A stretch of DNA of 64,000 bases from Octopus sinensis (Eukaryota), in contig NC_042997.1 in NCBI RefSeq assembly GCF_006345805.1, positions 434,001 to 498,000 of the forward strand, read 5' to 3'. This document shows positions 50,496-61,609 of the stretch, in pieces. Position numbers and translations under genes: made by a program. Within the stretch, counting starts at the first letter, position 1; each line of letters starts with the position of its first letter. The notes under the pieces are model-generated. The model had not been told where the DNA came from, did no database searches, and saw only the letters and a list, made by a program, of their open reading frames with translations.

Positions 50496-52006
50496 TATAT
50501 ATATACACGTATACTCACACCGACACACACACACACATATATGTACATATACACACGTTGGTTCAGGATGCAAGTTATAGACCCAACATAAGGATGGTTC
50601 TAGAGATGACGTCTATATAAAATAAGAAAAGAAATGAATTTTAAACGTTAACGACACCTGTTTCAGAGACATTTGTTATTGGTGAATAAATCAATTACAT
50701 CGATTGTATATGGTAAAAAGACTCGCTGTCATCAGGTGAGCTGTATCTTAGGGATGAGAAGATTCCGAGCAACTCGCTTTGATACCCATAGTTCAAGCAA
50801 GTGAGAGATATGAAGAGCACCTTTAATTTAATGGGATTCAATGTATTCACATGGTGCAGAAGTCTGATCAAATCAGATTTCTTTCGTGATGTAATTGATC
50901 TATTCCTCAATAACAAAATGCAGTTGAAACAGCTGTTGTAAAAGTTTAAAATCCACTTTCGTTCACATTTTATAGATATACCTCTATAAAAATTTATAGA
51001 AGATGGAATAAACAGGGTTTAGTTACAGATTACAATAGTTATTTCATTTCTGTGTAATAGCGAAAGCGGCAAGCTGCTGAGTTTTCAGTCTCATATCAGT
51101 TCATAAGGTATTTTATAAAGAATTACATAAATGATTACATGAATAAATATGATGCACCATCATCTGTGCCAGCATTTCCTCGGGTAGCTTGCATTTAAAT
51201 ATACAGATAGATAGATCGATAGATAGTGTGAGAGAGGAGAGTGACTAAGACCTCAAAAGCATGACTCATTGCATACCAGAGTAGACATCATTTACGTAAA
51301 TGCATACCTGACAGTTGTAATGCCTTGACATCTAAATCACTCTGTCTGTCTGTCTCTCTCTCTCCACACACATACACACATTCGACTCTTTCAAAGTTTG
51401 GTTATAAAATGTTATCGCATTCGAAAACACTATTATTTAGCTTGAAAATTGTCGGTTACTGAGAACAGGGGCCTGTCTATCTTAATGACAGAGCTCTCAC
51501 TTGGCATCAGAGAGTTACGGGGTCGATTTACGTAGCTGTCTTCTGGTAACTTCTTTTTTTTCCGTCTTCTAATGGTAAATATCCAATTTTCACATTTATT
51601 TACGCAGAAAAGCTTTGTCTTTCATGTAACCACCCATCCTCTTTGTTCACTAGTTTTCTGAAATATTCTTTCTACCAACTCGCACTTTACGCCTTTAATT
51701 ATCATCGTATTTAAGAAGAAATTGCAATGATGCTCGGGGAGATAATGGCTTTTAAGAAGGCAAAAATTAATTGAAAGTAAAGTACTCTTTATGAAAAAAT
51801 ATTAAAATATTATCTCTACTTCTGTCAGTACTGACGCTTTGTTCTGTTAATCTTACAGCGTCATATTTGTTTTAACTGCGTTACGGTAAATTTATTACAC
51901 ATTATAATACGAATCATTGTTTAAACTAAAAGCTTTTCACATTTGATCCTCAATCTACTGCTTGCACTTCGGTCTATATCACTTCGTCTCTCTCTCTGTC
52001 TGTCTC

Positions 52007-52007
<1 letters not shown>

Positions 52008-52105
<98 letters not shown>
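52008..52105. repeat. (TATC)n microsatellite
   Basis: Seen directly. Confidence 0.97.
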
Positions 52106-54597
52106 CTAGCTTTCCTGTTACATTTCTCACCCTTGCTCTTTTCTCCCGCTCTATTATCTGTTATATCTTTTCAGTTTCTGTGCTCTCTCTATTACTTCTC
52201 TGCTTGTTCTCTCTGTCTACATTGCCCCTTTGTCATATATAGCACTCTCAAAATATATGCCTGTGTGTGTACGTGACTGCATATATGTATGTGTTTGTAT
52301 TTTGTCTATATTGTGTATGTGTACATGCGTGTGTGTATAGAAAGTAGATCTTTATTGAGGCATATTGCATTAAAACAAAAAATAAAATAAAAAATGCCAT
52401 ACAAAATATTCAAGTACCTGCGGTCAGAATTCACCTCATTAAACACTAGTGATGTAGAAGTTACGAAACCCAAACCTTGAAAATAAATACTTCACACAGA
52501 AAACGTTGCCATATTATTGGATGGTATTTGTATAGTTCAATAATACATTGCATATAAAATAATAGTTAATATATGTGAAATAATACATGAAGTAATAATA
52601 TATTAATGGAGGTAAAAATCCGCAAGGTAGAAAAAAGTGGTGCTGGAAATTTATTAAAAACGCTTTACACACTTGGAATACCGCACGCACACATGTACAT
52701 ACGTACACGCACGCACATGAATATATATGTGTGTGTATGTGTGAGAGTTTTCGTGTAAGTTTGTTGGCATGTAATTTATAGAATGTATACGTGGGAGCCT
52801 GGGGAGTGTATAAGTGAGACAGAAGATGAAAAATGATTGAGAAATGAGAATTGAGATTTGAGAAAAGTATTTTTATCCCATCATCGTGCTGAAGAAAAGC
52901 TGGCTGTAGCTAATAAAGGCCTCGTGTGAAAGATAAACATTACAGGCAAAATAATTCTGCTAAGTTTCCCGAGTCTCTGGTTGGCTAAAGCATAAGATTT
53001 TTCTAATATATTATATCTACTGGGATATCTTCCTATGTACGTATATGGGGTTTATACATCAATACATCTCTCTAAATGCCTTTTATACATACACTGACAT
53101 ATACATTCATATGCATGCGTACACGCATAAACACATGTACACGCACCCCACGCACATATACCTGAAAGCATTATGTATATACATATACATACTGGTAAAC
53201 ATTATGTATATACTTATACATACTGGCAGACACTCACAGGTATGTACACACGCGTTTGTGTATACGTGTGTGTACATACCTGTGCACGTAAATAAATATG
53301 TGCAATATAGAAGTGACAGAAATCGTTCGCCATAGCAGCAGCAATACTTAAAGAATGCAATTTGAGAAAATGTTTAGTACTGGGAGATAATACAGAAATA
53401 TCGTGACTCCCAACATTAATATTCGCGCACTTACTGTCTTTCATAGCAATACTGACCATAATATTAAAACTGATATTGATTATATGAAATATAAACATTT
53501 TTAGGCTGCTTTTAAGGTATTATGAGCTCTTGTTAGTTTCTTGCCTGCCTGGGTTTTGTATAATTATGGACGTAGTGTATCATATTTGATTAGATTTGTG
53601 CTCAAGAACTTAGTTTGTTGTTGCGTCTAATAACTTATTTCTAGGTGCAAAGTTCAAGCAAATAGTAATTTCAACGGATCATGGAGGTCACAAAACATTT
53701 TCACTTTTAATGATCGTATACTACTTGCAGCGGAACATCATTGGTTGAAAGATGGCATTAGAGAGTAAAATGGTTTTTATCACGCGAAAGATTTATGAGG
53801 AAGGGGAATAAGTATGAAATCCATTTTAAACTCACCAGTAAGACAAATTATCTCCGCGATACTAAAACACGCAAGCCGGGCCAAAATGTAGCTTTGTCGT
53901 GCTAGCGAATATATTCTCCGTTTTATATATATTTTTTACAAGAGCGAAAAGTTGTAGGATTCCAGAGGACAAATGATTATGGGATGTGACGCTACTATGC
54001 GTCCTTTAATATATTTCGATGTTTTTATATGTCAGTATGAATCCAACAAATCCAATGATTTTGACATTTTCCTGTTTTCTTGGAACAAAACCTTTTATTG
54101 CTGGTTAACCTCACTTAAACCTATCCTGAAGCGGTGATGGAAGAGAAATAGTTTCATGAAATATACTTTCTACCAGTAGTAGTAGTTGTTGTAATCGTTG
54201 CAGTTTAAATCCAGAGCGGTCCTAATCAAGTAGATATACTGCATTCTAACTATGGTGATCTTGACTTTTTTAAAAGTATTCTACAGCACCATTATCCGTA
54301 GTATTCTTTTCTTTCTCCAAATATCAAGATGTGAATTCACGGATATTTGGTTGACATCTTTTGTCAGGGAGAGACCTTATGAAAATGTGCACTCATTAGC
54401 TCAAGTACCAAATATCTCCTCACTACAGGGTTTGCACACGATCGGTCCATCTTTTGGATTAGTTTCGAAGCAGTTACTCATACAATTAATATGATTACAA
54501 ATGATTTTGATTTCTAAACCATGAATGTCGCTAAAGATCTCTGTATGTATGTATGTATGTATGTACGTATGTATGTATGTATGTATCTCTCTCTCTC

Positions 54598-54651
<54 letters not shown>

Positions 54652-54654
<3 letters not shown>

Positions 54655-55185
54655 GGTGTCCCAAAAAATGTATACACTTGCTGCAACAGTCTGTCATGCC
54701 AAGCATTAGACAGGACTTTGAACAGGAAGGGTTTTATTTCCAGCAAGATGGGGCACCTCCACACTACCATCGCGATGTTAGATCCTTTCTTGATGGGATC
54801 TTGCCAAACAGGTGGATTGGACGGAGAGGTTTTGTCGAATACCCTCCACGTTCACCATACCTCACCCCACTAGACTTCTTTTTATGGGGATACCTAAAGG
54901 ACAAAGTCTATGCACAGAAACCTGCAACAGTCGTTCAATTGAGGGCAACCATTGAACATGAATGTACGAATATCCCAAGGGAATTGTTCCATGATGTGTG
55001 CCATTCCATCGCTTCGCGTTGTCAGCAGTGTCTGGAGCAGAACGGACATCAGTTTGAGAACATGCGATAACAAGACAATAGAATGATATTTGTAAATTCT
55101 TTTACATGTTGAAAATTATTCGAATTATAATAAACCCCAAATTTACAATTATTTAAGGTGTGTATACATTTTTTTGGACACCCTG
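54652..55185 (+). mobile_element. Internally deleted DD41D (rosa/VS-type) Tc1/mariner element
   Basis: 26-bp TIRs CAGGGTGTCC(C/A)AAAAAATGTATACAC with 1 mismatch and TA flanks; open C-terminal half QQDGAPPH...WIGRRG...PPRSPYLTPLDFFLWG with 41 residues between the 2nd and 3rd D. Confidence 0.9.
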
Positions 55186-55192
55186 TATATAT

Positions 55193-55858
55193 ACAGCGTT
55201 TGCTCAAAATAATGGAAACACCTAGCATCATAGCATTATAATTTTGAAATATCTATAAAACCGTCAAAGGCTTGTTTATTTTAGGTTTTTTTCTTTATTT
55301 TTAGTGTTGCTTACCATGTTTTGCTAAAATTACTGTTTCTTTTCAGATATCATCAGAAAAAAGGTAATTAAAATTCATTAAAATGACAGATCTATCAGAC
55401 TTTCAAAGAGGTCAAATTGTTGGTGCTCGTTTGGTGTTTCAAGAAGTACTTTCCCAAAAGAAATGACAGCCTTTGAGATAGAGGGAAAAACCTCCTCGTT
55501 GAAACAAAACTCCGAAAAAAACCAAAACATTCAGATAGGGACCATCGGACTCTTTTGCGAATCATTAGAAAAGATCACAAAAGTACAGCTCCCAAAATTA
55601 CTGCAGAGTTTAACGACCACCTCGAGAATCCAGTTTCCATAAAAACTGTTCGCCGGGAGCTGCACAAAGCCAGATTTCAGGCGGTGGGCTGCAATCATAA
55701 AAACACTACTTTCAAAAAAAACGTTGCAAAGCATTTCGCGTGGAGTAAAACCCTACAGAATTGGTCCCTACAGCAGTGAAAGAATATTATTTTCTCCGAC
55801 GAGTCATCATTTACCTTATTTCCGACCACCGGCCGAGCATGTGTGAAGGCAGCCAAAC
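55193..55858 (+). mobile_element. Tc1-like element, 5' half
   Basis: MTDLSDFQRGQIVGARL, RIIRKDHKSTAPKITAE...TVRRELHK, IIFSDESSF; truncated at a SINE fragment. Confidence 0.85.
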
Positions 55859-55982
55859 CTTTTTGAGTTGATTTGGTAGACAGAAACTGGAAGACGCCCG
55901 TCGTGTGTGTGTGTGTGTGTGAGTGTGTGTGTGTGTGTGTGTTGTGTGTGATGTATGTGTGTGTGTGTGTATATATATATAT
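55858..55982 (+). mobile_element. SINE family 3, middle part plus (TG)n
   Basis: ttgatttggtagacagaaactggaagacgcccgtcg then (TG)n; equivalent to the junction at ~61378-61410. Confidence 0.6.
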
Positions 55983-56172
55983 ATAGGTTAGCTGAGTTAG
56001 GGGTTTATATAACTGTCTAAAGGATAGCAGTGTCTATTACACTAACGATACATCACCTATGTTTAACCATGGCTGTACATATGCAAGCATATTATGCTCA
56101 TAAATTATAGGTACAGATAAGGATAAATATGAGTTTATCAAGAATCAACATTTAAAGGAAAGAGAAACTAGA

Positions 56173-56284
56173 GATGAACAACAACTGACATCAATAATTA
56201 TTTATTAATTCAATTCAAGTAGACTGCGGTCTATTTGTATTGCATTAGTAAATAATAATTGATGTAAGTCAATTGTTGTTCATC
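56173..56284. other. Imperfect long hairpin (palindrome), loop TGCG
   Basis: gatgaacaacaactgac...caagtagac TGCG gtctatttg...gtcaattgttgttcatc; weaker pairing extends to ~56158-56307. Confidence 0.8.
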
Positions 56285-56313
56285 AGTATTTCTCTATTTC
56301 TCTTTTCATTATA

Positions 56314-56401
<88 letters not shown>

Positions 56402-56450
56402 TGTATTATGTATGTATGTATGTATGTATGTATGTATGCATGTAGGTATG

Positions 56451-56501
<51 letters not shown>

Positions 56502-56540
56502 TTAAAAAAGGAGATGTGGAACACGAGTTGTGATATATAA

Positions 56541-56757
56541 AAAAGGAAATGAAGAAAATGCTGACAAAATAATTTAAGTAATCTAAGTAATTTAATTAGG
56601 TGAAAGTTCTTTTTACCGGTTGCGCATTTGTTATGCTTATCAGATAAGAGGAAAAAACTTCTGATAAGCATAACAAATGCGCAACCGGTAAAAAGAACTT
56701 CACCTAATTAAATTACTTAAATTACTTAAATTATTTTGTCAGCATTTTCTTCATTTC

Positions 56758-56762
<5 letters not shown>
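56541..56762. repeat. Near-perfect inverted repeat, 104/103-bp arms, 15-nt spacer
   Basis: Arms 56541-56644 and 56660-56762 differ by one substitution and one indel; spacer TAAGAGGAAAAAACT. Confidence 0.95.
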
Positions 56763-56784
<22 letters not shown>

Positions 56785-56793
<9 letters not shown>

Positions 56794-57010
56794 TGTACTT
56801 GTGCGTGTCTGTTTGTCCCTCCACTATCACTTGACAACTGACGTTGGTGCATTAAAGTCTCCGTAACAAAGCGGTTCGGCAAAAGCGATCGATAGATTAT
56901 GTACCATGCTTACAAAGAATAAGTCCTGTGGGCTATTTGCTCGACTAAAAACGATGATCCAGCATAGCCGCAATCAAATGAAGTAATACATTAAAATGTT
57001 AAAAGAATAT
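56785..57010 (+). mobile_element. SINE family 3, 3' half
   Basis: gtctgtttgtccc...ttgacaactgacgttgg...gcggttcggcaaaagc...gaataagtcctg...ccagcatagccgc. Confidence 0.75.
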
Positions 57011-57379
57011 GTATATAAAATATGGAACGTTCGATTGTAATGCTTCTAGGTCCATGATTCTTGCAAAGAAGCTACCTGCTTTTATTTGGAAGGTATAAGT
57101 AGTTGAGTCACTGAGAGCTGGAGATATTTACGGCATAAGCTTGAAGTCAAACTACATTGATTGTGGGTATACCCTATCTCTGTATATGTATATATCATTT
57201 CTACACACACACATGTGCGTGTACATACATACACACGCATACATATACACACACACGCATGCGCACACACACACGTATGCGCACACACACACACACGCAC
57301 ATATTACCATGATAGCTTAAATGTTAAGAGAAAAAAACCCCTGAATTATGAGTATGATATTCAAGCCTAGTATTAAGAG

Positions 57380-59540
57380 GATGCGTGATAAATCTTCCAA
57401 ATGGAATACAAGTAGCCTCTTCTGCAGAAGATTGGTGCATGACACTGGAATAAATTTTATGCATAGATTCTCATGCTCTCCCTGATAAATATTTACGCGC
57501 ATTGCTAGGATAATCACAATTTTAATAGTTGGTTTGTGGGTGCTTTCCACTTGAACACGATGCGCTATGTGAACAGAACAGGATAAACGGCACATTACTA
57601 AATCATCCCAAAATTCTCTGCAAATGGCTTCGTTGCAAAAGTTAATCGTTCAATTCGTCCACAAATATGCAAAGCTGCATCTTAAGAAGATACTTTTTCT
57701 TTTGTTCAGTTTTTGTTGATTGGATACTCGGGTAGGTGCGGTTCACTTATAGGAATCAAGATTGATGAAAACATATGGACCACTTCTAAAAAAAAATACC
57801 TTTTCGCTGACAGTCAAATGCTGCGACCTTAAAGATTATGTTATAGATTGTTTCAGATCTTATTATAAAATCTCTAAAGTCTCTAATTATAAAATGATCT
57901 GGTATTTTATCGAGCTGTGCCCACGCATACAAACTCTAATTGATAAATCAAGATGTCCTCTTCTAACTATTTATATTTTATTTCACCTACCAAATTCACT
58001 ACCCAGAAATCATCCTGCGGAATTTCAAGTAGTAATTCAACAACGATTATGAAATCAGTCCAAAAGAAACTTCGTTTTCTATTGTTCTTCAAAATGTGCG
58101 TATCTAAAACATTTCTATAATGTTCTGTTAAATTTCATTTACCCAATCATAATTTCTCGATAATAAAAATGCAATAAAGTTTTTTTTTTTTAAATAAGCT
58201 TGATTGACAATCATATGTTTCCAATTCTTTCCAGAAATTTACCGAATCTCTCGTTCAATAAACGCAAATATTAACAAACACATTTGCGTCGACGGATTTC
58301 TGAAATTTGTTCTCAATTTGTAAACGGAGATATTTTCCTAATTTTATGAACTTATTTATTTATGCAATTATGTATTTATTGTTAAATTTTTTACTAATAA
58401 TGTTTCTTGATTCGTATTTTTTCATATATGTTGACAAAGTAATAACAACAAAAAAAAAGCGAAAGAAATAATGGAATAGATATAAATTTACTGAGTATAA
58501 AAGGCCTAACATAGAATTAAAGGAAAAATATTGATTTCTTAAACATCTGTAATTCGAATAATTAATAATAATGATTTCATTGCTAAAAGTAGATTACAAG
58601 CAATAAATATAGAAATTACGTGTAGATATAATTTAATACAATTTATTTTCAAATCCAATGTGTTATTAATGTTTTGATTAATATGCTACTAATGTAATAT
58701 CTTTCCTCTGAATTATTCTAATTTGGCAACTATACAATATTTCACTTTACACGCTTATTAGATAACATTTCGATATTTTACTCCACGCGTTCATTTTCCT
58801 TTCCGTTCTCTAGAGTGAGAATATAATCCTATTTACTAATTGTTCTTATTCTGAATTCCAAATGCCCGTATTTTGCATAGTCGTCATTTAATGTAGCCGA
58901 ATCCCTACAGCTTTTGCACATTTGAAATGTGAATTTTAATTCCATCACATGCCTTATGGCAAATTCAAGACAATTAAACAGACCCTGTAGAGTTAATCTG
59001 TTGTAATTCTCATAATTTATACAAGACGCTATAATATATAAATCATTCACGCAATATTCCCAGCTATATAACCCTTCCCTCACTAATAATATTTCTCACT
59101 CCACCACAAATGTGCAGTGTCTTCAGTTTGATTTTTCATTTGTTACGAGGTGTTATGCCATTTATACTTTTCTCTAACCTTTCTACTTGCCAACAGCCAT
59201 GCTGCTTCTTTTTTGTTTTGGCTGCTTCTCGCATTATTTGTATTCATTCACTCATTCATTTATATGAAAGAATATTTTACGTAGAAGTATTTTTTTATCT
59301 TAATTCTAAATTTTTGTTTAGTGATTTTACCATAACTAATTCTTTTTACAGTGGCGTTAGCGCTAACACAATTAATGGGGCGAAGTCGATAATTTAATTA
59401 ATCAAAACTACACGTGTACATTAAAGGAAATTAAAATACAGTTGTAGACTAACGAATGTTTCGAAAGATTATTATGACTTGTTTGTTTTTGCAATTTCTG
59501 CCAGAGACACCTCAGGACTTAGATCATAGTTGTACAGTTT
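57380..59540 (+). pseudogene. Decayed cadherin repeats (block I)
   Basis: LDTRVGAVHL*...NTFSLTVKCCD (57720-57827); IVLILNSKCPYFA*SSFNVAES (58839); FAISARDTSGLRS* (59488). Confidence 0.5.
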
Positions 59541-60029
59541 TTGCTATAATTAGAAATAAATTTTATCATCAGTAACAACTTTTACTCCACTGTTGCTACA
59601 TGTAATGCATAAATACAGATGATATTTTCTGGTTTACTTAAAGAAATTATAATGTAAAAGAAAATTTAATCTTAGTATATTATTAATGCTTTCGTACTTT
59701 ATTGTTAAGTATTCCACTTCATTTATATACAAGTAATCATGTATATTTTTGTAAGAAGGGATCTTATCAGTCAATGTATTTGACACGTTCAGCAGTGATC
59801 ACATATTCGTCTGCGTTTAAACACTATCAGATACATGTCAAAACATGCCAAACTTACATGCAATATTTAACAGGCAAGTTCCTGTTGGCTGATGCAATTT
59901 TAATGCATTCTTTATATACACTTTAACTCTGGTTTAAACATAAACACAAATGGAGACACGAACACTTACCTACCAAACTGCCTACCAACCTACCTACTTA
60001 CCTAACTACCTACCTATCTCTGTCTGTCT

Positions 60030-60034
60030 GTCTC

Positions 60035-60119
<85 letters not shown>

Positions 60120-60130
60120 ATATATATATA
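60030..60130. repeat. (TCTG)/(TATC)n/(TA)n microsatellite
   Basis: Seen directly. Confidence 0.95.
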
Positions 60131-60249
60131 TTTATCCAATGTAGCAGTTATAAATCGAAGTCATTTGTGTTTTTGAATGTACATCGTGTCTCCTCTCCTC
60201 GTCTCTCTCTTTCTCTGCCTCACTCTCTTCCAATCTCTGTCTTTGTATT

Positions 60250-60465
60250 CCACCTCCTACTACCTTATCCACCCCGCATGACCTCATTCCTGTGACAAAA
60301 TCCGGCCTTTGAATTACAGATACAATTCATTTTTTCCAGCTGGGTGAACTGGAGCAACGTGAAATAAAATGTCTTGCACAAAGACGCAACGCGCTGCCAC
60401 GAATCGAACTCACAATTTTACGATCTTGAGGTGAATACCCTAACAATTAAGTCATGCTCCTTCAC
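60250..60465 (-). mobile_element. tRNA-derived SINE with a CORE-like block (family 4)
   Basis: rc gtgaaggagcatgacttaattgttagggtattc...gagttcgattc...gcgtctttgtgcaagacattttatttcacgttgctccagttcacccagctg. Confidence 0.7.
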
Positions 60466-60989
60466 TAACATTAAAGACACTGAAAGTACAAAACTCATCC
60501 TTGAACGATACACTTGTCAATCTCAAGAAACATTCTCTAGGACACTTTCGCTGTGACTCTTTCGCTAGGTTTCTTTCACTATTACTCTTTCGCTAGGACT
60601 TTTTGCATCTGATTGGGTTGTAACAATAGGATATGAAGTGACTTGTTTGGAAATAATTCGGGCTGCCTGGTCCGAGAGACACCCACAACCTAACAATCAT
60701 GAGCCTGACATCCATACGTCTAGATCAATCTTCTTCATAAATAGTAATGGAAATAGTGAATTAAAGAGGGGGAAATTGATGATGCTTTGCAAATTCTAGT
60801 TGGCGTAACTCGATGATGCTTTAGAATTCGAGTTGGCGTAACACGAAATTCAGAAAGTTAATTTCACTTGAAAACAATTACTCATTCCAAACATCAATGA
60901 GGACTTAGAATGAAGCATATCGCTCTGAATTCGAATGAGGTGACCAAAATTTGTTTATTACGGAATTAATACATGAAATTAGGAATTAG

Positions 60990-61253
60990 CAGTCGAAAAA
61001 CAAGCGGCGATGCGGGGACAGCTCAATGAAGAATTTGTAGTTGAATGAATCGATCCCAGTACATTTTTCATTTTTTTTAAAGCTTGGGTACTTATTCTAT
61101 GAGTCTCTAAGGTATAGGGACGTAAAATCACTAACAACGGTCGTCAAGCGGTGGTAGGGACACATATTAACACAAAAACATACACATACTCTGAGACGCA
61201 TATATATATATATTATATATATATATATATATTATATATATATATATATATAT

Positions 61254-61300
<47 letters not shown>

Positions 61301-61319
61301 TATATATATATATATATAA

Positions 61320-61379
<60 letters not shown>

Positions 61380-61528
61380 GACGGATTCAATTTCCGTCAA
61401 CCATATCCACTCACAAGTCTTCGGTCAACCAAGGCTATAGTACAAGACATTTACTGAAGGTGCCACGCAGTGGGACTGCACCTAGAAACATGTCATTGAG
61501 AACCAAGCTTCTTACCACGCAGCCACAC
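60990..61528 (-). mobile_element. SINE family 3, near full length with an internal (TA)n expansion
   Basis: Head 61378-61528, (TA)n ~61200-61378, tail 60990-61190. Confidence 0.75.
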
Positions 61529-61609
61529 CGGCAAATTTTACGCAGATCACAATAATTTCAAAATGCAGCATGACATGTTCAGTACTCATCAAATTATCAT
61601 AATGCGTAG

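Larger units (their letters stand above)
46915..54490 (+). pseudogene. Decayed cadherin/protocadherin unit with TM and cytoplasmic-tail-like end (block H)
   Basis: MDVDSSSEGVVFLNSMIDTSACRLIVLSAN (46917); YAEGENSEVRH (47221); KTKCTITISINV...FEDIFRSIGELASVTVHA (48468-48630); DSLSSGELYLRDEK (50720); SDRNRSP*QQQYLKNAI*EN (53312); IVISTDHGG (53662); LPVVVVVVIVAV (54170); VRERPYENV (ORF 54252). Confidence 0.55.
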
